A stretch of 64,000 nt of DNA, taken from positions 186,001 to 250,000 of the forward strand of contig JAQGDQ010000022.1 in the NCBI GenBank assembly GCA_030141605.1. Reading direction: 5' to 3'. Under the pieces are notes generated by a model. The model searched no databases. It was not told the DNA's origin and saw only the letters and a program-made list of their open reading frames with translations. Numbering within the stretch: position 1 is the stretch's first letter; every line of letters begins with the position of its first letter. The position numbers and the translations under genes are program-made. Source of the stretch: Tubiluchus corallicola (taxonomy: Eukaryota > Animalia > Priapulida). This document shows, in pieces, positions 21,397 to 51,805 of the stretch.

Positions 21397-24300
21397 ATGC
21401 TTGCCGCTTTGCTGCTCTTATCTTTTTCTGGGATAATGGCTCAATGCCCTAGTCCTCAGGATCTTCCGCGCACAGATCCGACAGGAAACGTCTTTCTATG
21501 TGCGACTATGTGGGAGCATTCACACTGGGAGCCCCACCTATCGTGCGGCGGAGAAAGCTTTTCTGCTTATAATGGAGAGACAAATATGAATGTTGGCGAC
21601 GCTTGGAATGATAGAGTACGTAAAATTTTAGTCTTTGTGATATCTTTACTCGAAAATCGCTGTCACAATATATTAATTTCTTGAAATGCTTTTTTATTTT
21701 CAATCTTAAGCAAGATGAATTTGCTATTAATTTTGCTTAACATTGAAATAAATTTATAGTTAACACGGGTTTCCTTTTTTGTTACATACATACCTGTACA
21801 TCAACAGCACTTTTCTGTAAATTATCTTGACAGGTGGTTGTGACACCTGTTTCGTATAGTACTTGATTCACTTCTTCAGCTGAGATTGCTGTCGACGATT
21901 CAGGCGTTTTTTCACTATTTTAGCCTTAGTTAGTTTAGCTTTAGACTTTATTTAGTTTTTGACATTACAGTTTAAAAATGCGTGGTATTTACATACATTT
22001 TATATTACGCATGAGGGAACAATAGCTATATTTGTGTTAGGCCTAATTCGTATTGAGTAATGTCAATTTATTGCAGATATCATCTGTAGTTGTCCGACCT
22101 GGATGCAATCTACGTCTGTACGAACATCATTCGCTCGGAGGCAGCATGTTAGCACTAACCGAAGGTTACTAATTTATAATTTTGTAAAATTTATTTTAAA
22201 CCTTTTAGTGTCTTACATAAACAAAACAGTATTAAATAGTTGTGATGCAATGCAGCACTACAACTGGGTATCTCAGTATGGGGCAAAGTCAAGTTTCTAG
22301 GGCTATTTTCGGCAATTCTGAAAAAAATCGCACCATTCGCCTGTTAACAATAAGGCTTGTACGGACGTCGAGCCTTATGATTTTCACAGAACGTCGATTG
22401 CGAATTTAAGCTGGAGTGAAGAAGTAGTAATGGTCTATTAATAATATCATTTTATTTATAGTTTTAGTGTGTATGATAAAACAAATTTTGTCTAGTTTTT
22501 CGGACAACAGTGCGTTTATGACCTCTCGGGATTGTCATCAGCAGGCAGCAGCTACATAAACGCTATACGCTTCTGTGCTTCAAAGCACACACTTAGGTTA
22601 TTCGTTTGAAGTTCAAGATGAAATGATATTTTCTTATTTTGACATTGTGCATGCCAACACTTAGCACTCAACGGCAGCATAGGTAGTTGTAGTAAGACCG
22701 GAATCTACTTTATATCATGGATGACCAACTAAGAACCTTAACGTTACTTCAAAGAGGTATATAGTCAGAAGTAGTTTGGTAGATTGAACATCTCAGAAGC
22801 AATTTTTCAAGCACTCACGATCTTTTTACTGTTCAGGATTGCTGTTGCTCAACTTAGATAGCGAGTACACCCTGTAAACAAGCAGCTGTTCTCATAGAAG
22901 CTTTAATTCCAGGTCGTATTATCTTCTGTAGTAAAACCCTTCGTCAGCTACTATCTTCTACTTCATCTTTGTCATCTACATCTCTTCTACAGTAAAACAG
23001 CTTCGACATTACTTCAACTATTCTACATATTAAAAAAATAAGTAAAATTTAAAGAAGTAAATATAGTGAAAATTTAATAAATAACGATTCACGTGCCATT
23101 TTCAGGCACATACAGAATGATGGAACACGAAATGAAGACTTGGAACGACCAGGTGACGTCATACGCATGCTCATGCGATTACACTAATGTACCGCTACAA
23201 TGTGAACCGACCGAGGAATACCATACCCTGTTCAGCTGTACGAATACAAACCCAGGTAATAAATGTAAGGTATACGTAGTGTGTTGGTAGTTACCGAGTG
23301 TTTAATAATACTGACGAGTTTTAACAGTTGACGTATCTGGAAACTACTCATTTATGACAATGTAATACTTATTAATATCAGGATAATAGTACTTAAGTTA
23401 CGCACTACAAAGAAAATATGTAGAAAAATTGAATTTTATAAACTTATAACATTTACTGTCTCTAAAATAGAGTAAACAGAGTCTGTTGTAGAGTAGTGTC
23501 TCTCTTATAATTTAGAATTTACAACAAGTCTCTAAGCAGTGTTTTAATTTGCCCTTATTCTGGCAAATAAAGTTGCCTCTGCTATTTGGCTTCTAGCAAT
23601 GGCTAGTTGTTTATTACTTACACTGTGGTGCTACCCATTATGGGAAATGAGAAAATTAAAATTTTAAGCGAGAAATTCACTTAATTAATTTCAGAATATA
23701 ATTGCTGATTATTTTTGATTCCCCGGACTTGCTTTTTACCTCAGTTTGGATTAAGCAAACGTATCATGAACCAAAACAGTTATTTTTCCTTTGTTGTTAC
23801 ACAGCAAGTCAGTTAAAAGAAAAAAGCTTAACAACGACAGCAGCTAGTCGCGGTTAGACAACAAATTTTCAATTTTTTAAAATGTGGAACATTTTAGGAA
23901 CAATGATTTGCTCATACTCTGTGCAACAAGGTCTTGAAATTGGTCAGTCAGTCACTGAAGGAAAAATAATGACCGAAAGCGCTGAATTCTCACTTCAACT
24001 CACGTTTCAGGAGGTATATAATAATACTTTATTGTAATAAAACATACATAAAATGTACAGTAATAACATCACAATATATATAAATAATTGTGTATGTTCA
24101 GTTTTTGAACTGCTGTTTTACAATGGTGTCGAATTGTTAGTAAATTATAGATGATTAAAAATATTGATAAGGCGATATAAGTAAGTAAAAAAACACTTAA
24201 AATTTACAATTTTAAGAAAGATGACGTTTACAATTTTTCAAAAAAAGTTTATACAATATTTAAGAAATATACAATTACAAAGTAAAGGTAACCTCTGCTA

Positions 24301-25151
24301 GTACTCTTTTTGGTTGACGGCTTGACCTAAATCGCCAGTCATCTGGATGTTATTGTTATTGTTGTACCCAAATAAGCAGCTGCATCTATATTTTTGATGC
24401 CAAAGATAACACCTATTGCGTTGTGGATATTAGCAGTGCTTCAAAAATATCCAAGATGGTCACCAAGAATCCAAAGTTGACTATATTTTTATAGTAACGG
24501 TTAAACAACCTTATGTCGTATGTGCTAGGGAAGACAACTAACATGTTTTTAGTGTCAGTAGTGCACCGAATGACTGGCAGAATGTCATAAGTTTTAAGTA
24601 AAGCATAAAAGCGTAAAAACACGAGCTGCTAATTATCGATAGTGTTCATTAGAAAGATCCTTGTCTTTGTTGTCTTTGTAGCTGATATTACGTATTTTAG
24701 GCCGACGAAAATAAATCCTTTGTTGCAAGACAGACCAGTCGCCCTTACTTTTTAAAAGCGGATTGGGGGACCTCGTTAACGTATTAAGTTGGGAGTGAAG
24801 GCATTATCGATCACTGCTTATCGCTTTCTGTGCAAAGCGTTGCTAGTATTTTTTTGCTGAACAGCCATTTTTACATAGACACCATGAATTTAAGCCCACA
24901 ATAGAAAAAGTGTAACATACAAACTCATCTCTACATTTTCTGAAACGGTCTTTCAGGTATTTACGACTGGACTAAAGTACTCGACCACCACCACTTATGA
25001 TTGGAGCACCTCCGAATGGACCGTTTACAGTCACATCACCACCACAAAAGTGGCCTGTGCTGTTCCAGAAGGGAAAACTGTTAAAATCGTGGAAATAGTC
25101 GGGAGATGCGGCGATACGACGGCCTTTACTGGCTATTATTTCTGCGAATAA
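21397..25151 (+). CDS. Secreted protein (about 255 aa): syncollin-like (beta/gamma-crystallin-like) domain plus Ser/Thr-rich putative beta-pore-forming domain; 5 exons
   Basis: Exons 21397-21615, 22077-22164, 23106-23255, 23898-24013, 24957-25151; phases 0,1,1,0 consistent, 768 nt. Translation: MLAALLLLSFSGIMAQCPSPQDLPRTDPTGNVFLCATMWEHSHWEPHLSCGGESFSAYNGETNMNVGDAWNDRISSVVVRPGCNLRLYEHHSLGGSMLALTEGTYRMMEHEMKTWNDQVTSYACSCDYTNVPLQCEPTEEYHTLFSCTNTNPGTMICSYSVQQGLEIGQSVTEGKIMTESAEFSLQLTFQEVFTTGLKYSTTTTYDWSTSEWTVYSHITTTKVACAVPEGKTVKIVEIVGRCGDTTAFTGYYFCE*. The exon 2 donor (gttact) is weak. Confidence 0.8.
21824..21887 (-). ncRNA. Type I hammerhead-ribozyme-like motif (Penelope-associated style), stem I degenerate
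   Basis: Minus strand: aatctcag-CTGAAGA-A-gtg(aatcaagtacta)tac-GAAA-caggtg(tcacaac)cacctg-TC-aagat. The core boxes, a perfect stem III and a GUC cleavage triplet are present. Confidence 0.5.
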
Positions 25152-26334
25152 CAAGAATAATGGCTAATTATTAATTCAGAAGATAAATAACAATGCATTA
25201 GATCTGCACCTTATAATAATTAGTGATGAAATGAACACACAATTACTGACATTTTCAAGCCAAATTTGCCAAAAAAGAAGGAAATATGAAAAAATTGGGG
25301 GTGAACCTGGTTTTAAACATGAACTTTTGGATAACAGGTCTTATAACATAATTACACAGCTACAGCTCTCTTTTTTCATGGCGAGTCTTAATTCAAGTCT
25401 AATAGTTGATCAACTAATCCAACATTTCCAAGTGTTTTAGATTTTTTGTGTTCAGAGCTTGGAATATTTCAAGTTTTCACATTTTTTGCTTTCCTTCCGT
25501 CAACTTGATTTTGAAATTCCAATACTGTGGGTTCGCCACAAAATAAATAATATTAAATTCAGATTACAAACAATTACAGTCTTAATGTCAAGATTGTTAT
25601 TAATTGCGGATTTGTATCACCGGGTTATAAATAATTAAATATTAAGTTACGTCATCATAATACTCCAAATTACTGTTTGTCCTTTGGCGAGTTTATAATT
25701 TTCTATATTGTACAGTTATCGCCGCAAAACAGATAAAAACTGATAAAACGTTAGTATTTTTCCAGCAATAAAATATTAGTATTTTTACAAGAGTATTTTT
25801 ATATCAGACATTCAGGAACAAGTGAAATATACATCGGTTATAACCTGGTTTGTCTGTATGTACATCAGAAACAATCTTGCCAACTTTAACATTAGCAGCC
25901 AACCAGTTTGTTGTTTTGTATGAATCAAAATTTTGATCACTTCTATCGTAAGCAATAGCTTACGACACTATATAAAATAAAACAAGATCAGATTATTCTA
26001 ATCAAAATTTTGGCTTCAAAGCGAAATCCAAAGTCAAAGTGAGAACTTATCGCTTGTAGAGCCTAAACTTTTAAATCAACTAGCAAATTCTTCAACGAGC
26101 GGATTCAACATTATTGTAAACAAACTCCCACAGAACCGCTACGCATTTTGCTAACGTGTATAACTACGATCAATGTTTATAGTTGCAAGTTTACATTCTA
26201 AAGTCCTTCCTGACAGAGATATATACTGCGCCGCCATTACTTGAGTAATGTTCTAACAATGTTAAACATCAAATTTTGGTTCTGAACTTTACGCCTAAAA
26301 TTTCCTGTTTTGTAAATTAATGAAAAAAAATACT

Positions 26335-31809
<5,475 letters not shown>

Positions 31810-33597
31810 AGACTGAAGAAATGCCATACAGAAGAATTAGTTGATTATAAAATCATGATGCAATTTATGGCTTAACATAAGCCTGTAAAATTTACATGTT
31901 GTGTGATTTTTTGTAAACAACAATTAAACTTTTTTGTTAATTATCTGTGTGTAAATGCACTTAAAACTGCTAAATTAAACCTACGGCTTTATTGCAATAT
32001 AGTTTCACCCTCAAATAAATCACTGTTTCGTAATTTTTTGTATAATTTTGTCTTTGAACTTTTAGTCCACTAAACTTTCCCCAGTCCACTAGTTATAAAA
32101 ATTTATTAGTAATGTCAAATATGTTGTGTCATTATATGAGTTACTGCATGCATATTCATTTTGCTATTAATGTAATTTGTCTACTTATAATATTCTCAGC
32201 TGAAATAAGCGCACTATAAAACGTGGGATCACATATTCTTGCCATGAACCCCTATAGTATAACCAACGTTATGGCTGGTACTGCTGCTCCATTCATTGAC
32301 ATGTCGCCGGGTTAAAAGCACGGCATCTCGTTGTAAGGATAATCTCGATCAGAGATCAAGGGTGCAAGAAGAATGGATGAGTACCGCTGTGTGTGTTCAC
32401 TTGAAGTTCAACAGTGAATGAGTGACTACTTGGAAGACTGCTTTTGGATGATGCCATCCGCCTTTATGTCGACAATTTCTCTAGCTGTAATGTGGCTGAC
32501 ATCTCTGCTAGACAATGTCTCATCTTAGAGGTTTTCTGGAATTAGATTTGTAATTAGACCCCGGTCACGCCACAAATATTCAACATTACCCGAGCTCCGC
32601 CATTGTATTTATGCCAGATAAGTCTATTTAGCAATTATTTTTACTGTTACTATTGTTTCTTGTTGGCTTGCGTAATAAGTTGTATTATTTTCGTCTGATT
32701 GACTCCTACTCCCTAGACAAAGACTTGCAGTGTACCGAAGTGTAAAAAAATCATTGCGATCATGTTGTCGCCAATAGGACCGTTAATAGCTGATGCAATC
32801 AACAGTTTAACTATGGTCACCAACTGTTGTCCTATTGTCGCCAACTATTGTTATCATCACCACTATTTATATTGTAACATCATCATCATCATCATCATCG
32901 ACTTGGTATTATCGACATCAGTATGGTCAATATTACTATCGACATTGTCGTCCTCACAGTCTAAGTGTCTGCTGCTTAAATGTTCATTGCTTAAATATGA
33001 AATGCCCAAGAGCATGTTTGTCTAATGTACACTGTTCCAAGTGTCCAGTACTTCTGTTCAACATTGTGAAGTTGTCTTGCTACTTGTGCCTCATTCCGCA
33101 AAGTCAGCCTCCCAAGTTCTCTTTCTAAGTACGTATTGGCCATATGTCTTTACCAAAAGAAATGCGTAATTGTGTACATACATTATATGCTATAAGCAAC
33201 ACCAATGAAACCAGTAAACCAGTGCATACCTGCATAGCTACCTTCTCCTTAGTCATACACCTTCCGGAAGACATCGATGAAAATGTCAAATACTGACGTA
33301 TGTGACTACTTAAACCTAATTGGACAACACGCCCCTTTAACCAATCCCTATTGTTCTCACAAGCTCTGTTACTGACCATAATGTGTACGCATGTTAGGAC
33401 AAAACTAACACATTGTATCTCCTTATGTAAATACTACAGCTAATTGCAAATGTGTGCAAGTGTATGACTAGGCTTCATAACAGCAGGCAATGCGTTTGTG
33501 TAAGCAGAAGTTGGCGAGTTTTTCATGTGTTCTGCGAAAAGAATAGTAATAAACATCAACATTGCAAATACGCCAGGCAGTACTAGGTTCCAACAAA

Positions 33598-34608
33598 ATG
33601 AATGTTTCTTCAGCAGACGATGTGAAACTGGGAGAGAAAATCGAGTTTTACATTTACGCCGTAATCGTCCCATCGGTAGTAATCGTAGGTACCTTTGGCA
33701 ACTCTCTCAACATATACGTGCTGTGGAGAAGTTATAGGTTTCACACACTGAGTTACATATATCTGCGTTTCTTGGCAATATCAGATTTTCTCATGATCAC
33801 TTTCGCATTCCAACGTTGCGTCATCTATGTGGACGGTTATACATGGACCGTGCATTTGTCGAGATTTTTCTCTCACGCCCTTTACCCGCTAACTTCTACA
33901 AGCAAGTTCTCGAGCAACTTTCTCATCATGGAAATGACGATAGACAGGTACGTTGCCGTGTGTCATCCGTTCAAAATGCAGATTTTGAAAAATTCTAAAC
34001 TAACAAGAATAGCTGTTGCCTTCGCCTATGGTCTGGCATTTCTAATAGAATTTCCAGATTTCTTTGTCCGGAAGGTGACTAGTGAAGTAGTCGCTAACAG
34101 AACCACCTGGTATTGGCAATGGAACACTGCTGTAACCAAACACCACTTGTACATATACTGGGTACTGATTAGAACACTCGTAGGGAAGGTCATTCCCTTA
34201 CTGACTGTGCTCGTATTGAACCCTCTGATTTTGCACCGCTATAAAATAATGCTGGTCCAAAGAAAAAGATTGAAGGAAAGACCCACTCGGGAGCAACAAA
34301 GCAAAGCGAGAGAAGACAGACACCTAGTCTTACTCTTGTCTGCTGCGTGTGTAGTTTTTGTGATTGGCACCGTCCCTGAAGCAGTTATTGGCATTGTCCA
34401 TCGTTTGTGTCGCCCAGACCTAATCGAAACTTTTGGCTACGCCATTTTCAGGCAAATTGCCATCACGCTGGACATTTTAAATTATTCGGTCAATTTCTTC
34501 GTCTATAGTCTGGCTTCGAGGGATTTTCGAAATGCTCTCAAAGAAGTTTTACGACGCCCTAGTCGTGTGACTTCAATTTCAACTCAACCAGCAGCGCGGG
34601 GAGTGTAA
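33598..34608 (+). CDS. Intronless class A GPCR, FMRFamide/myosuppressin/sex-peptide-receptor-like orphan group, 336 aa
   Basis: ATG at 33598 (MNVSS, N-glycosylation sequon); seven hydrophobic segments; GTFGNSLN (TM1), LAISD (TM2), MTIDRYVAVCHP (TM3), FVIGTVP (TM6), LNYSVNFFVY plus SRDFR (TM7/helix 8). The NFFVY variant of NPxxY is typical of this receptor group. Confidence 0.92.
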   Translation: MNVSSADDVKLGEKIEFYIYAVIVPSVVIVGTFGNSLNIYVLWRSYRFHTLSYIYLRFLAISDFLMITFAFQRCVIYVDGYTWTVHLSRFFSHALYPLTSTSKFSSNFLIMEMTIDRYVAVCHPFKMQILKNSKLTRIAVAFAYGLAFLIEFPDFFVRKVTSEVVANRTTWYWQWNTAVTKHHLYIYWVLIRTLVGKVIPLLTVLVLNPLILHRYKIMLVQRKRLKERPTREQQSKAREDRHLVLLLSAACVVFVIGTVPEAVIGIVHRLCRPDLIETFGYAIFRQIAITLDILNYSVNFFVYSLASRDFRNALKEVLRRPSRVTSISTQPAARGV

Positions 34609-36219
34609 ATATCTCGTCGTTCGTATTTTTGAGTGACTGTACTGATTAAGCTTTTGATTAATTATCTCAACTCGAATAGGAATGCAAACGATATTGCTAG
34701 CTTTTTCTTGTCAAGTAGGCCTACACTTAAAATTGAGTCTTTGAAACTGTTATATTACATGTTACCAACAATACTAGCAATTTAAATTCTTATAACCAAC
34801 TAACACTAATTAATTGGCCAACTTTACAAATTCGTTAAAAAGTGATGGTCAAATTTTTCTGTTCGAAAGATTGTTGTCTAACCTTGGAAACTATTACCCA
34901 CTTCTTATTGCGGCGTTATAAATACCGTTATTGGGCAAATTTTATTATTAATTAACAGTTAGTTGTTATTATTGCCATACGATAGCTTCTTAAATCTTCA
35001 CATAATGAACAAACAGGTTTATTACTTTGTGAATCTGACATGTTTCATAATTTTCAAATCGCATCTGTGTTTTAACATCACAATGTGATTATCTTTATGT
35101 GTGTTTGTGATACAAATCAGCCAAATAAAAAATTATTAAACTGTATTGAATTGAATTGTTTCCTGATAAGGCAAACAAATTAGTTCCCTGTGAAATTCAG
35201 CTGCTTCATACCAAAATCTAGTAAACAAATTTGTGTAGCAGCCAATTTAGATTGATTAGTGTTTCGGCCTACTGTGAGACATTGTAAACTTGTTTTGAAT
35301 TATTTCTTAATATGTATAGTAGAAGGAGATTGTGTTTGAGGGGTACTGTCAAATATTTATAATCAGCAGAAACTTTAGTAAACAAGCTATGCTTTATTGT
35401 TGATAGCGTTACTAAATAAATATGTTTATAAAAAATAATGAATGTGCTTAAACTTGAATAAATTCCCACCTGCCAATAGTTCGCAGTCACCTACTATGAT
35501 ACACTTGAGGGGCTACGAAAGGTAGACATTGGTCAGTGGTCAGTTATGGTTAGTTTGCGTTTGCTTTTGCACGACTTTCTTTTGTCCAGACGCTGGTTAC
35601 GCTGGGTCATTAACGAGCTAATATTTCTCATTTCAAAGCTGTTTTTAAATGCTGAGGAATGCTGGGTAACCACAGGTCAGAGTTACAGTAACTGACACGT
35701 GCATCTGTTACTACTAATTAGTCATTTATTAGTTGTATGCCTCTTTATAATTCACTTAATGATTGTATTATAGTTGCTATCTCAGTTTCAACCTAAACAT
35801 TTCTACACTATTACTTTTATCAAAGCTTTTATAATAGGGCAGGCTTCATTAAGTATTTTTATGTTAACATCATTATTATTGGCCAGCACATTTCCTGATA
35901 CCGAAGTAATTCATTATAGCTATTCATTGAATATTTATGTACTCATTGTGGGCTTAGTTACCGTTCTTTTACAAACTACGGCTAGTGTGAACGTGATGTT
36001 GTTGTCTGGTTTGTGCAAATTTCCTGTCAAAGAGCTTGCTAACACTAGAACGTATGAATAGTGTGTTGATGACCTACTGAGTGAACAATACTGAAGGAAT
36101 TCAGATCCAACCTCTAAAAGGTGTATAACGTCCTGACCTGACTGTACCTGGTTGAGTAAGGTTAATACGCTAAGTACTATTTAATGTCACGACTTGCCTA
36201 ATTTTCACTTGCTCTAATT

Positions 36220-37390
36220 TTCACATTCACCTCTTGTCTGGGACCTGTAAACAGGTTTTTATTTTTTACGCCTTTGTCTCAGGCCTTACTGCAGATGTAT
36301 ACTCTACGCAATTTTCGTGACGTTAGGCACAACAGCCTTGGAGTTATTCATTCTTATGCTTTTGGTCTTGTCTCAGAAAAACTCGATGCCCAGTACCTTT
36401 GACTCGTGCACGACACACCATCTTCAAGGTTCTTACCCTGTGAGTTTCGTATCTAGCCCTCTGTATTTGCAAGTTAACATGAATTAAATATGGATGTCTT
36501 AATTTTCACTTTTTGGCTCCTATCTCATGCCCTTAAACAACCCCAGTTTTGCCATGATCTGAGCACCTACACCAACGTCAGGTGTTTACCCAGCAAGTTT
36601 CGAAACTTACGTTATTATAGTTTTAGAGTAATTCAATGTTTAGCATTTTGGCTCTTGTCTCAGGCCCTTAAAACAGCTTAGGTTTTTGAAAGCCTAGGTG
36701 CACCTCTGCCTTGCAATACCTAAAGTCCTAAGAAAAAAATTTAATTTTAACTCCAAGGCTAGAAGGAAATTAATCGTAAACGAAAAACGGACTAATGTCT
36801 AATGTCCTTGACCTTTTCACCAAAGTTAATGTTCACCAAACCACTTTCACAGCCTCACCACAGGTGTCTACCCTGCAGTTTTCGTGACTGTAGCCTTCTG
36901 CATTTGGAATTTAATACGAATTAACACTGGATGACGTACGTTTCGCATTTGGCTCCTATCTCCGGCCCTTTAACAACCCAGCTTTTTTAATCATACTGTA
37001 CATTTGATTCGTTGCCCCATTTGTCTTCCCGGTAAGTTTTATTTACACTAGTTACTGTAGTTTTAGAGTTACTCAGTATTATTCATTTTGGGGTCCTATC
37101 TTGCGCCCTTAAATAATGATAGTTTTTTGTAATCCCATTTATGTGCATCTACCTAGCAATTTCTAAATACTTACGAAATAATTTAACTCAAAGTCCTAGG
37201 AGGATTGAATGGCAATCGAAAAACTGACCGATGTCCAGCGTCCTTCACCTTTTGATGGAGGTCGCCGTTCACGACATCACATTCAAGTATCTGATGTAAG
37301 CATCTACTCTGTAAGTTTCCTGACCCTAGTCGTACGCGTTTGGGAACTAACAAGAATTAAAATGTGGAAAACTGAATGCCTAACATTTTG
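36220..37390. repeat. Degenerate tandem repeat region (about 135-150 bp units), probably a non-autonomous transposon relic
   Basis: TTTGGCTC[CT]T[AG]TCTC...GCCCTT recurs near 36361, 36511, 36646, 36948 and 37086. The block at about 36720-36825 is echoed at about 37165-37255. Confidence 0.6.
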
Positions 37391-38363
37391 ATGAAAAGTC
37401 AGTGGTTCTCTTATATCCGCGGCACTAGCGCTCCCGCATAAAAAGATGTGACGACTCTTTGAACTTAGCTTTTACGAAAAAATGTTTGGCCAATGTATGA
37501 TGAGGTAAGTCAGTTCATCTCTGATCTTCGCAGTATCCTCGGTATTCTAACCAAACCTACTCAGATTTTGTCAAAATTTTACAACAGCTAGAAAGTGCGA
37601 TGCCAAAAAATGTGAGAACCTAGGAGTGAAGGAAAAACAAATAGACGTATAGTTGAGTGATCACGGTCTTTGATTAGCCACCGAATTAGTTAAGTAACAC
37701 TGCACCTGGCTGGTAGATGGCTGGGTGATCGCTAATCAGTAAATTAAAGGTAAATGGGTGGATGATCGTGACAAAACAGCTTCTAGGTGGTTTCAGTTGC
37801 CATATTCCCCCGACTATTTCCCTCTCTGAGAAAGATTGTATGCGCATCTTAGTGTTCAGTGTCTCACCTTACAGGATAACCTAAAGAATTAGCTAGGTTC
37901 CAGTACTGCCACAATTATTTAGCAAAACAAGCAGGCACTGCCGTTGTGTGCTGGATGCCTGCTTGCAGTGTATCTAACTAAAAGAAAACAAAATAGATAA
38001 AAAGGAATGAATAAGTAAACGAGGAAAATATTTATTGAAGCATTTTTGCCTTTTCTAATTATTACAAACAAATCCACTTTTATTTATTATTAATAAAACA
38101 AAAACTTTATTCACTCTGTCACTGAAAATAACACCGAAATTATCCATGCATAATCTATCAATATATTCTCATATACATGTATTTCGCATTTCGATCGTGG
38201 GATAAAAACAAATGGATGTGTCTTATGCTGACTGTTATCTGTTGTTCTGATACACCATCGTTGATTTATAACACAGTGACTGTAGTTGTTTTTACAGTAT
38301 CACTAGATGGAGTGGCAGCCGTAAGTATCGCGAAGCTAAAATTTGACTTTTATGTCATTCTGG

Positions 38364-51623
<13,260 letters not shown>

Positions 51624-51792
51624 TGCGATTAGGTAGAAAAAAATGCTTGGTACTAAAATGATAGATCCCGGCTTTGCCACATAGACGTGCTACATAAGTC
51701 AAATGCCACGATTATATTATTTGCAACGCAATCGCATTTGTTTTTCAGTCTCGTAATAATAACGGGATTCAATCAACACTGAGCGGAGCACA

Positions 51793-51805
51793 GTGCGCAT
51801 GCGCT
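51793..51805. promoter_or_regulatory. NRF-1-type palindrome GTGCGCATGCGC about 170 bp upstream of the ATG at 51623
   Basis: Near match to the TGCGCATGCGCA consensus in a plausible proximal-promoter position; no functional evidence. Confidence 0.35.

Noticed and set aside
36220-37390. Regularly spaced motif considered as a CRISPR-like array
   Set aside because: Eukaryotic context, degenerate units with mutually similar inter-motif sequence, and no cas genes; an ordinary decayed tandem repeat.
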